A DNA stretch of 51,595 nt from NCBI GenBank assembly GCA_038125285.1, contig JAYPDO010000008.1, forward strand, positions 1 to 51,595. Direction: 5' to 3'. How positions within the stretch are numbered: the first letter of the stretch is position 1; each line of letters begins with the position of its first letter. Positions 33,501-41,776 of the stretch are shown piece after piece. The DNA is from Opitutia bacterium (GTDB taxonomy: Bacteria; Verrucomicrobiota; Verrucomicrobiia; Opitutales; JABJCN01). Position numbers and translations under genes: made by a program. Under the pieces are notes generated by a model. That model ran no database searches. It had not been told where the DNA came from and saw nothing but the letters and a program-made list of their open reading frames with translations.

Positions 33501-33692
33501 ATGAATGGATTGGTAACCTTTGCGTCCCTTGCGTCCTGGATGGCCTTTCGGTTGGCCGCAAATGTGGGTGGGGAAATTGATTTCAATACCAGCATCCGAC
33601 CCATACTGGCTGGGAAGTACTTTTCTTGCCATGGCTCGGATGCCCACCATCGGGAAGCCAGATTAAGGATTACCTACGAAGATGCCAAGGGA
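33501..33692 (+). pseudogene. 5' remnant of a PSCyt1 (planctomycete cytochrome c domain) gene
   Basis: MNGLVTFASLASWMAFRLAANVGG (leader) followed by EIDFNTSIRPILAGKYFSCHGSDAHHREARLRITYEDAKG matches the start of PSCyt1/DUF1549-DUF1553 proteins (.DFnRDIRPILsdkCFaCHGpD...RkagLRLDt.EGa). The first Cys of CxxCH is Tyr here. Homology ends at about 33692 and the frame runs into the 3' end of the converging BNR gene. Confidence 0.5.
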
Positions 33693-33732
33693 ACTTCTTG
33701 CACAAGTTTTACAGGCTGTTTTCTTTTCCGGC

Positions 33733-34821
33733 TCAGTCCACCCGGTTCACCTTGCCGTGAACGACAAAAGCCATGTCCCAACTGACATCTTCTTTCGGGG
33801 CTTGGAAAACGGTTTCCCAGGTCCTCCCTCCATCCGTACTACGTTTGATGTCGTATCTGCCCCGCTCCACATTGATGATCGTATCGTTTTCCGATTGGGC
33901 AAATATCCCACCGGGGGTGCCTTTCGGGAGGTCTTCCCATGTGATCCCGTCCTTGCTCTTGCGGGCATGGGAAGCTTTCTTTGCCGTGAGCCAGAATTCC
34001 CCGTTTACAAAGGCCAACCCTCGCCACGCCTTGCCCCAGCCTTTCCGGCCATGTTCATGCAAAGTCCATGTCGCTCCTCCGTCGGACGACCGGGCTACAT
34101 GGTTATCGAAGCTACAAAGGAATACTCCGTTGCCGTAGGCGACGTGGTCTTGCCCTGTGCCAGCGCCTTCAGGGATCTGGCTATGTTTCCACTCCTTGCA
34201 ATTCTTGCTGTAAAAGACATGGTTGTTGTCGCCCACAATGATGTACCTTCCTCCGTCATAATCCCCGAAGCCTGCGATCATGTGGTGGGTCTTTCCCCCG
34301 TCCAGGAGGTCTTTCACGCTGTGCTTGGCAAAATCCCCCTGCCTAGCATCCACGCTGGTCATCCCGCGCCATTGGTCCGCACTGGTTAGGAATTTCCCGT
34401 TCCCGGCTGTGGCTCCCCAAACGCTCCCGAGGCGTTCGTCTGGCTTTGCGTTCAAATGCCTCCAACTCACCCCGTCGTCCGAACCGATGTAAACCCCCGG
34501 CGTGCCCCATCCGGAGAAGACTCCAATTACCCCTAGGGTATAAGCCATCCCGTAGACCGCAAAGGTGCCGTGCCAACCCCCGTCCTCCAGGGAATCGGTA
34601 CCCAGAAAGGTTTGGACCCAGGTTTTGCCATCGTCTCGTGATACCAGTACCCGCATCCCCTGTTTGGAGGAGACTGCGAAGACCGGTTCCTCCATCCTCG
34701 GGTCCAGGTTACCCCCAAAGGGAATGTCGGCAGGGACTTCGGCATGTTTCTTTTGAGCCTGGAGCGGAAGTGTCGCGGCCAGGATAAGGAGGGCGGGAGA
34801 AAGGGATTGTTTGCTTGCCAT
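33733..34821 (-). CDS. secreted BNR/Asp-box repeat beta-propeller protein (sialidase-like fold)
   Basis: Five Asp-boxes: SRDDGKTW, SDDGVSW, SSDGGATW, SKDGITW, STDGGRTW. The internal ATG 34819-34821 gives the leader MASKQSLSPALLILAATLPLQAQ. Confidence 0.85.
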   Translation of the reverse strand: MASKQSLSPALLILAATLPLQAQKKHAEVPADIPFGGNLDPRMEEPVFAVSSKQGMRVLVSRDDGKTWVQTFLGTDSLEDGGWHGTFAVYGMAYTLGVIGVFSGWGTPGVYIGSDDGVSWRHLNAKPDERLGSVWGATAGNGKFLTSADQWRGMTSVDARQGDFAKHSVKDLLDGGKTHHMIAGFGDYDGGRYIIVGDNNHVFYSKNCKEWKHSQIPEGAGTGQDHVAYGNGVFLCSFDNHVARSSDGGATWTLHEHGRKGWGKAWRGLAFVNGEFWLTAKKASHARKSKDGITWEDLPKGTPGGIFAQSENDTIINVERGRYDIKRSTDGGRTWETVFQAPKEDVSWDMAFVVHGKVNRVD

Positions 34822-35310
34822 GGGATGTTGGATGGATTGGTTGATTACCAAGTAGATGCCATTCCCCAGCTTCTGCCAAGCTGTAAGTGATTTTATTAAA
34901 TAGTAACTTTTACCTCCCTTGCCTGCCTTCTAATGGATGCGTTTTTCCATCCTTGTTTTCGTGGCGTTAACCCTCCGCAAATTGTACAGAGGGAAGGAGT
35001 TTTTTTGAAGTCTAGGTTTTTTGTTCAGGGCTTTGGGGCAGTGGGGATGGTGATCTCCGGATGGTTTTTTACCCAGGCGGCCTGGGTCTTGGCCAAGGAA
35101 GGGGAGGGGAAAATGTCCGAAGCGAGGAGGTAAACCATCTCCTCCACCTTTAAGATTGGTAGTGTGGGCGTGCTGGAAGGAGTTGGTTGAGTTTAGTATT
35201 AATACGATAATAATGGGGCGGGGGATCCCTTTCCTCACTTATTACACTCTTGCAAAGTGGGGCAGTTTCAGGGTTTAAGGATTGTGAGAAATCCTCAGCC
35301 GACCCGAATT

Positions 35311-36597
35311 ATGCGCCACCAGCCCATCGATTGCTCCCTCTTTAAAAACAACCGGAAAAATCTATCCAAGATGCTCCCCTCCGGTTGCCTCGCTGCCGTC
35401 AACGCCAACGATGTCCTCCCGACCAATGCGGACGGCGTCCTGATGATGCATCCGAATTCGGATTTGTTTTACCTGTCCGGGATCGAGCAGGAGGAGAGTG
35501 TCCTTGTGCTTTTCCCCGATGCCGTGGACCCGAAAAACAGGGAAGTCCTGTTCCTCCGCGAACCAAACGAACATTTGGCAGTATGGGAAGGGCACAATCT
35601 GACAAAGGAACAGGCTCAGGAGTTATCAGGGATCGAGAATGTCAAATGGTTGGACGAATTCCCCGTGCAGTTCCGCATCCTGATGTGCCAAGCCGAGGGG
35701 GCATGCCTCAATACCAACGAACATGCCCGGGCGGTGACAACAGTGCAGACCCGGGACCTGCGTTTTATCCAGGAATGCAAAGGGCAATTCCCTCTCCACC
35801 AATACCATCGCCTAGCCCCGTTCATGCATCGCCTCAGGGCAGTGAAATCCCAGGGCGAAATTGAACTGCTCCAGAAGGCCATCGACATCACCTCCAGCGG
35901 TTTCCAACGGCTACTGCGGTTCGTCAAACCGGGGGTCTGGGAAAACGTGGTCGAGGCTGAACTTGCCCATGAGTACATCTCCAACCGGGGGAAATTCGCC
36001 TACCTTCCCATCATTGCTTCAGGTAAAAACAACTGCATCCTCCACTACATTGAGAACGACAAGGAGTGCAAAGACGGCGACCTACTCCTGCTGGATTGCG
36101 CGTCCAGTTATGCCAATTATAATGCCGACCTCACCCGGACCATCCCTGTCAACGGCAAGTTCACCCAACGCCAAAAAGACGTCTATAATGCCGTCCTCCG
36201 TGTCCTCCGGGCAGGGATCCAAGGTGCCGTCCCTGGGAAAAAGCACATGGACTGGCAAAAGGAGTCCGAACTCATGATGAATGAGGAAATGCTGGCGCTC
36301 GGGCTTATTACCAAAGAGGACATTGCCAATGAGACCCCGGAAAAACGGGCCTGCCGCAAATACTTCATGCACGGGTTGGGGCATCCGCTCGGCCTGGATG
36401 TACACGATATCGCCAGTGCCCGGGAGCCTTTCCAGGAGGGCTATGTCCTGACTGTCGAGCCTGGCATTTACATACCGGAGGAAGGCTTCGGGGTCAGATT
36501 GGAAGACAACATCCTTGTCACCGCCGGAGAACCTGTAAACCTGATGGCCCACATTCCCATTGAGGCCGAGGAAATTGAAAGCCTGATGAGCGCCTGA
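35311..36597 (+). CDS. pepP: Xaa-Pro aminopeptidase (M24B, with AMP_N-type N-terminal domain)
   Basis: DLFYLSGIEQEESVLVLFP (AMP_N). DGDLLLLDCASSYANYNADLTRT, HGLGHPLGLDVHD, VLTVEPGIY and RLEDNILVT carry the M24 metal-ligand blocks. The start was trimmed to ATG 35311. Confidence 0.88.
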   Translation: MRHQPIDCSLFKNNRKNLSKMLPSGCLAAVNANDVLPTNADGVLMMHPNSDLFYLSGIEQEESVLVLFPDAVDPKNREVLFLREPNEHLAVWEGHNLTKEQAQELSGIENVKWLDEFPVQFRILMCQAEGACLNTNEHARAVTTVQTRDLRFIQECKGQFPLHQYHRLAPFMHRLRAVKSQGEIELLQKAIDITSSGFQRLLRFVKPGVWENVVEAELAHEYISNRGKFAYLPIIASGKNNCILHYIENDKECKDGDLLLLDCASSYANYNADLTRTIPVNGKFTQRQKDVYNAVLRVLRAGIQGAVPGKKHMDWQKESELMMNEEMLALGLITKEDIANETPEKRACRKYFMHGLGHPLGLDVHDIASAREPFQEGYVLTVEPGIYIPEEGFGVRLEDNILVTAGEPVNLMAHIPIEAEEIESLMSA

Positions 36598-36630
36598 CCT
36601 TCTCCCCCAACCCATATTTCCCAACACACC

Positions 36631-37665
36631 ATGTCAGATACTACTGCATACTACTACGCCGGATTGGATATCGGCGGCTCAACGGTAAAATCCACCCTCG
36701 TCGATTCCGAAGGCAAGTCCACCGAAGCGCTTGTCGAGGTAAAGAGCTTGGTCAAAGATGGATACCAAGCCACTTTCGGCCAATTGGAGGAAGCGCTTTC
36801 CCAATTAGCCTCCCAAGCAGGGATCGAGGTTTCCCAGATCAAGGGTGCCGGTCTAGATGTCCCCGCACCGAACAGCAATGGAGTCATCTGGACCAGGGCG
36901 AACCTTGGCGACGACTGGGTGGGGACGGACATCCGTGGGGAACTGTCCAAGCAACTTGGCATCCCCATTTACATGACCAATGACGGCAATGCCGCAGCCG
37001 TGGGCGAATACGCCGTCCGTCCCGATTACAACGGCGGACTTCTCCTCGTTGCCCCCGGAACCGGGCTCGGGGGGGGGCTTGCCATTCCTGGTGGCAAGAT
37101 TTACGAAGGCGCCAACGGCCTTGCCTTGGAAGTCGGGCACATCTCCGTCCCCCACCGGGAAGAAGACGGCAACTTGCCCGACTGTACCTGCGGATGGAAA
37201 GGTTGCGCCGAAGCCTGGGTTTCCCTGGTCGCCTTGCGCCGCAGGGTTGCCATCGAACTTGCCAAGCCCCAGTGGGCCAAGCATCCCCTCAATACGGACG
37301 AGCTTAGTATCGTGGAAAAGGCTTTCAAACTCCGTGACTATGCCGAAGCGGATGACGAACTGGCTATCAGCATCTTCCGCCAACAAGGGCAAATCCTCGG
37401 TTACGCCCTGGGGGACCTGGTTCGTGTCTTCGACCCTGGCATGGTAGTCATTGGGGGGGGGCTTGCGGAAACTAGCAACGCTTTCCGCGACAGCTACATG
37501 GGCTGGGTGCAAGAAGGCTTCATCGAACGAGCTTGGCCGGCCTACCGCCATAGCCCGCTGGACGAGAGCCAAGTCACCACCCGGTTCGAATGGGCCAGAG
37601 GTGGTGACTATGCCGCCGCACTCGGGATGGGCTTTGTCGCCCGTGAACAGTTCCACAATGCCTGA
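36631..37665 (+). CDS. ROK-family sugar kinase
   Basis: GLDIGGSTVKS (ATP-binding DxGxT), LVAPGTGLGGGLAIPG, and the ROK zinc motif HISVPH...CTCGWKGCAEAW. Confidence 0.9.
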   Translation: MSDTTAYYYAGLDIGGSTVKSTLVDSEGKSTEALVEVKSLVKDGYQATFGQLEEALSQLASQAGIEVSQIKGAGLDVPAPNSNGVIWTRANLGDDWVGTDIRGELSKQLGIPIYMTNDGNAAAVGEYAVRPDYNGGLLLVAPGTGLGGGLAIPGGKIYEGANGLALEVGHISVPHREEDGNLPDCTCGWKGCAEAWVSLVALRRRVAIELAKPQWAKHPLNTDELSIVEKAFKLRDYAEADDELAISIFRQQGQILGYALGDLVRVFDPGMVVIGGGLAETSNAFRDSYMGWVQEGFIERAWPAYRHSPLDESQVTTRFEWARGGDYAAALGMGFVAREQFHNA

Positions 37666-38578
37666 CGCACCTTCCAGTAGCCACGCAGGAGATCACGTGG
37701 CTACCCCATTGCCGGAATGGCTCCGGGCAGAGTACCCGTTCGGCCAACATTCCCACCTGCTGGACAGCGGGCACCGGATGAACTACGTCGACCACGGGCA
37801 AGGGGAGCCCGTGCTCTTGCTCCATGGGAACCCGACTTGGTCCTATTTTTACCGAAAAACCATCCTTGCTTTGGCGGGGAAAGGATTCCGTTGTATTGCC
37901 CCTGACCACATAGGATGCGGCTTTTCGGACAAGCCCCAGGATTACCGGTACACACTGGCCAACCATATTGGGAACCTGGAAAACTTGGTCTCCAAGCTGG
38001 GGTTGGAGGGAGTCCATCTCGTCGTACACGATTGGGGAGGGGCGATCGGGTTTGGTTGGGCCACCCGCAATGTCTCCAAGCTCCGTTCCCTCACCGTCCT
38101 CAATACCGCGGCCTTTCGCTCCAAGCACATCCCCTTACGGATCGCAGTGTGCAAAATCCCCTGGTACGGAGAGTTCATTGTCCGGCAATTCAATGCCTTC
38201 GCCGGTCTCGCTACGACTATGGCCGTCGAAAAGCCTTTGCCCAAGGATGTGGCCAGGGGCTTCACTTATCCGTACGGGAACTACGCTGACCGGATTGCTA
38301 CCGCCAGGTTTGTGCGGGACATCCCGATGCATCCCGGGCACCCAAGCTGGGAGACCCTTGCCGGCATCGAGCAAAAACTCCCTGGATTGACGCACCTCCC
38401 TATGCAAATCCACTGGGGGATGAAGGATTGGTGTTTCAGCCCACGTTTCCTGGAAAAGTGGAAACAATTTTTCCCTGCCGCAAAGGTGCAGGAATATGCT
38501 ACCGCAGGACATTATCTCCTCGAAGACGAAGGGAGCCAGATCCTGCCTGCCCTTGTCGATTTTTTAGAAAAATCATGA
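37658..38578 (+). CDS. alpha/beta hydrolase of the haloalkane-dehalogenase-like clade (OleB-like)
   Basis: LLLHGNPTWSYFYR, PDHIGCGFSDKPQDYRYTL, the nucleophile block LVVHDWGGAIG, FVRDIPMHPGHPSW, WGMKDWCF and AGHYLLED. The ATG at 37658 overlaps the ROK stop (ATGCCTGA). Confidence 0.88.
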   Translation: MPDAPSSSHAGDHVATPLPEWLRAEYPFGQHSHLLDSGHRMNYVDHGQGEPVLLLHGNPTWSYFYRKTILALAGKGFRCIAPDHIGCGFSDKPQDYRYTLANHIGNLENLVSKLGLEGVHLVVHDWGGAIGFGWATRNVSKLRSLTVLNTAAFRSKHIPLRIAVCKIPWYGEFIVRQFNAFAGLATTMAVEKPLPKDVARGFTYPYGNYADRIATARFVRDIPMHPGHPSWETLAGIEQKLPGLTHLPMQIHWGMKDWCFSPRFLEKWKQFFPAAKVQEYATAGHYLLEDEGSQILPALVDFLEKS

Positions 38579-39582
38579 AAACCCAAACTTCGGCCATCCT
38601 GCTCATGGCAGGGATTCTCCCGTTCCACCAAACTTTCTCCGATCCCGCCGAATACCGGTGGCGGTTGACGAGTTTGTTCCAGCTAGACCGGGTTTCGGAG
38701 GTAAAAGCTGACATCGAGTCACTGGAAGGTGTCGAAGTTATCGGCATCGATTTCGATACCGCCATCGCGACAGTCCGTTTGGATGCGGCAGAGCTTTACC
38801 GGAATGCCAAAAACGAAGACCAAATCCGGGAGGAGTTCAGCCGGCGATTACGGACGCAAACCCGTGGTACGGTGGAAGCCTTGCCCCTATCTGATACCCC
38901 GGCTGGAAATACCAAGGAGGTCAGGATACCCATTGCTGGCTTGGATTGCAAGGGATGCTCGTTTGGCGCCTACCTCGCCGTAAATAAAATCGAAGGGGTT
39001 GATTACTGCACCGCCAGCTTCCATACCGGGGAAATTTTTGCGCGTATCGATACCCGCACTGGCACTACCGAGGAAACCCTGAGGGAAGCCCTCCTGAAAA
39101 AGCAGGTCGTACTCAATTACCAACTGCCTGTAAACCCGGCCCGCATCCCTGGGAGGGAAATCAAGGTACTTCGGGTCTCCAGCGAGGAACCAAGGCAAGA
39201 CCAGGAGGCTTCCAAGGCGTTTGATGGGGATCCGCAAACCCTCTGGCACACCAAATATGCCATCGACGAACTCCCACCCCGTCCACACGAGATCGTCCTC
39301 GACCTTGGGAAGACCCGAAACATCAAAGGATTTGAGTATTTGGCGCGGCAAACCGGGGAAAATGGTGTTTTTGCAGGCACCTCTTTTTTTCTTAGCGACG
39401 ACCCTAAGGCTTTCCCATCAAGTCCTGCGGCAAAGACTACCTTCGAGGGAACAAAGGTCGCCCAATCCGTAGATTGCCCGAAAACTGCCAGCGGCCGGTA
39501 CCTGCTTGTCCAGATCCATTCCACAGTAGGGGACAATCCCCATTCCTCCGCAGCCGAGATCGGGATCCTGGAAGCCAAGTAG
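38575..39582 (+). CDS. secreted protein: two HMA-like (ferredoxin-fold) domains + F5/8 type C (discoidin) domain
   Basis: The ATG at 38575 overlaps the previous stop (ATGA). Leader MKTQTSAILLMAGILPF. The second HMA-like unit is VRIPIAGLDCKGCSFGAYLAVNKIEGVDYCTASFHTGEIFARID (CxxC); the first unit lacks Cys. The C-terminus EASKAFDGDPQTLWHTKY...PHEIVLDLGKTRNIKGFEYLARQ is discoidin-like. Confidence 0.8.
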   Translation: MKTQTSAILLMAGILPFHQTFSDPAEYRWRLTSLFQLDRVSEVKADIESLEGVEVIGIDFDTAIATVRLDAAELYRNAKNEDQIREEFSRRLRTQTRGTVEALPLSDTPAGNTKEVRIPIAGLDCKGCSFGAYLAVNKIEGVDYCTASFHTGEIFARIDTRTGTTEETLREALLKKQVVLNYQLPVNPARIPGREIKVLRVSSEEPRQDQEASKAFDGDPQTLWHTKYAIDELPPRPHEIVLDLGKTRNIKGFEYLARQTGENGVFAGTSFFLSDDPKAFPSSPAAKTTFEGTKVAQSVDCPKTASGRYLLVQIHSTVGDNPHSSAAEIGILEAK

Positions 39583-39593
39583 TTTAGCAGGAG

Positions 39594-39612
39594 CGGCGAT
39601 TTCTAATCGCCG
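39594..39612 (+). terminator. hairpin 12 nt after the stop of the pepP-ROK-hydrolase-HMA operon (possible intrinsic terminator)
   Basis: Perfect 8-bp stem CGGCGATT / AATCGCCG with a 3-nt loop (TCT), followed by TTATAGTG. The U-tract is weak. Confidence 0.4.
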
Positions 39613-39763
39613 TTATAGTGCCTGGGTAATGCCAATCTCGTAGCACGCACTTACAACTCGTGCTTAGAACCACGAATGAACGCGAATAGATGCGAATATT
39701 TAGTTCTAGCTATGCCAGTTTAGGGGAAAGCCTAAAATGGAAATACTATCCTCCGGCCTGTAA

Positions 39764-41776
39764 CTAATTCCCCCGGAGGAAGTTGTTGAGCAAGCCCTTG
39801 ACTGCGTCTTCATTGCTTGGTTGCTTCTTTTCCTCCTCCTTACCCGTTTCTGCCGCTGGTTTTTCCTCACTTGGCTTTGATTGTGGGAATAATCCACCGG
39901 GCAATTTGAACCCGCTTCCCCCCCCGATTTTGGGAAGTTGGATGCCTTGTCCGCCTTCGCCAGTTCCGGGGATCAGCCCTTGGGGCAGTTTGTCCCCAAG
40001 TTTGTCCTTCAGGAATGATGCCCCTTTTTCTTGGATCAATTGCTTACCTCCACTCAGGGCGGCATCTTTCGCCGCTGCGACCACTTGTTTGGAATCGACC
40101 TTGATCCGTGGGTTGTCCAGGGGACCCTTCACAGCGATCGGCAAGGCCAGTTGGCCTAACGTCGTCGTGCCAAGGTGGGGGATTTCAAGCTGGGCATTGT
40201 TCAAAGTCACCAATAACGGCAAGTCCACTACCATGCCGTCTCCCTGGTTGCTCCAAACCCCTTGGGTGGAGATGTCCAACGTCCCCCCTTTAAGCGGATT
40301 TTTCCCTCCGATTTTGATTCCTCCCACAATGTCTTCCGCAGGAATCCCCTTGTAGTGGAATTCCATCGCCTTGCCGTTCTCCGAACCGCTTTCCGCGCCA
40401 CCCAGGGATATCCTTGCCCCAAACGTCCCTTTGGATGACTTCAGGGCGATTTCCTTTTCCGCATCGACCAACCATGGGTGTGAGGAGAGGTTTTTCCCTC
40501 GGATTTCCACAGGCTCTTCTTCCAATCCCGGCACTTTGACTTTCTCCGCCAAAACTTCCCCGACCAATACTGCCGGGATTTCTTCCAACAAATGCAATGC
40601 CCTGACCGAGCCATGCCCGAACTCCTCGATTTGCCTTTTGATTTCTTCTGCCCGCGTTTTCTTTGGAGTGGATGCGCCTTTGCCTTTGTCGCCAGCTTTA
40701 TCGTCACCCTCTTTATCCCCGGACATGCCTTCAACCCATTCCTTCAGTTTGGCCAGCTTCTGTTTGATCTCCGTCGCCTGCTTCACGTAGTCATCAATCG
40801 TCTTTTGTTCCGGATCATTGGACGCAGGAGGTTCAGAGACCTTGGGCGGTTTCCCTACGTGCTCCCCCGGACGGTCGCGCTTTTCCCCATGGGTGGCATT
40901 CCGCACCAGGATCCGGTCTAGCTTGATCCGCTTCCGTAGCAAATCCTTGGTGTTGATGTCCGCCTCCAGCTTTTCAGCGCGGAAAAGGTCGGTTTCCAAG
41001 TTCGAGGCATCCGCGATGGCCAGCCCTTCCACGGTCAACTTGTTCGACTTGAAATCCACTTCGGCCTTGTCCACCTCGACCGTTGCACCATTGGCCCGCT
41101 CCAAGCCCTCCCGTAGCACCGTGGTCAGGATATCTTCCTTCATCAGCAGCCCCAAGCTATAAAATAAGAGCCCTAGGAAGACCACGAAAACGATACCCAA
41201 CGGCCTTACTGGGTTTCCGATCTTTTTGCCGAGGAATTCCTCGTAGGATTTCTTCTTCTTGCGTCCTCCGAGGAAGACCCAGGACAAGATCTTTACCCCG
41301 ATATTGGAAGACCATTTGATGAATTTCTCACTCCCTTTTTCCAGTGCCACCATCTGCTTCCTGAACTTGGTGACAAGCCAGGCCGCAGCAACCCCGGTCA
41401 AGACCCCAAAGAGCAGTCCCACGGCTTGCCCCCCTGCCACCAAGTAGTGCTCGAAGCCGAAGAAGGCAAGTACCGGGCTGTTCACCATCACTTTGAAGAT
41501 GCCCTGCAACGGGCCGTCCAGCAGGAACCTGCCGACTTCGAAGCTGACAGGAACAAGTGGGATCGAGACCAATTTCGCCAGGCCACCAATTAGGGCCGAC
41601 ATACCCAGGTTAGCATTGACGATGATCAGGAGGAAGACCATGCACAGCAGTAAGCCCGGAGCCTCCCTAAAGCTCGGCACAAAAGCAAGCATGCTGGCAA
41701 GGATGCAAGCAGCCATGAGTTGGAATGGGGTGGAATCCCCCCTGAGGATTGAGCCGATACTCCTGGATAATGACAT
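39764..41776 (-). CDS. membrane protein fusing a TIGR03546-like N-terminal module to a TIGR03545-like (AsmA-like) body
   Basis: From ATG 41774-41776. The N-terminal ~150 aa (FQLMAACILASMLAFVP...NANLGMSALIGGLAKLVSIPL...LVTKFRKQ) resembles TIGR03546. A TM then leads into ANGATVEVDKAEVDFKSNKLTVEGLAIADASNLETDLFRAEKLEADINTKDLLRKRIKLDRILVRNATHGEKR, which resembles the start of TIGR03545. Assigned from memory of these families. Confidence 0.75.
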   Translation of the reverse strand: MSLSRSIGSILRGDSTPFQLMAACILASMLAFVPSFREAPGLLLCMVFLLIIVNANLGMSALIGGLAKLVSIPLVPVSFEVGRFLLDGPLQGIFKVMVNSPVLAFFGFEHYLVAGGQAVGLLFGVLTGVAAAWLVTKFRKQMVALEKGSEKFIKWSSNIGVKILSWVFLGGRKKKKSYEEFLGKKIGNPVRPLGIVFVVFLGLLFYSLGLLMKEDILTTVLREGLERANGATVEVDKAEVDFKSNKLTVEGLAIADASNLETDLFRAEKLEADINTKDLLRKRIKLDRILVRNATHGEKRDRPGEHVGKPPKVSEPPASNDPEQKTIDDYVKQATEIKQKLAKLKEWVEGMSGDKEGDDKAGDKGKGASTPKKTRAEEIKRQIEEFGHGSVRALHLLEEIPAVLVGEVLAEKVKVPGLEEEPVEIRGKNLSSHPWLVDAEKEIALKSSKGTFGARISLGGAESGSENGKAMEFHYKGIPAEDIVGGIKIGGKNPLKGGTLDISTQGVWSNQGDGMVVDLPLLVTLNNAQLEIPHLGTTTLGQLALPIAVKGPLDNPRIKVDSKQVVAAAKDAALSGGKQLIQEKGASFLKDKLGDKLPQGLIPGTGEGGQGIQLPKIGGGSGFKLPGGLFPQSKPSEEKPAAETGKEEEKKQPSNEDAVKGLLNNFLRGN

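Noticed and set aside
34822-35310. A 489-bp divergent spacer between the BNR gene and pepP was inspected for a riboswitch, an sRNA or a small protein (ORF 34933-35133, 66 aa with one hydrophobic stretch).
   Set aside because: I found only short hairpins (ACCCAGG-CGG-CCTGGGT at 35071-35087, GGAGG..CCTCC at 35126-35145, AGGATT..AATCCT at 35279-35296). There is no recognisable riboswitch core, no Shine-Dalgarno-like sequence before the small ORF, and no family similarity. The evidence is insufficient to call anything.
36853-37656. A 267-aa minus-strand ORF lies opposite the ROK kinase gene.
   Set aside because: It is an antisense shadow ORF. The ROK frame has the DxGxT and CxCGxxGC motifs.
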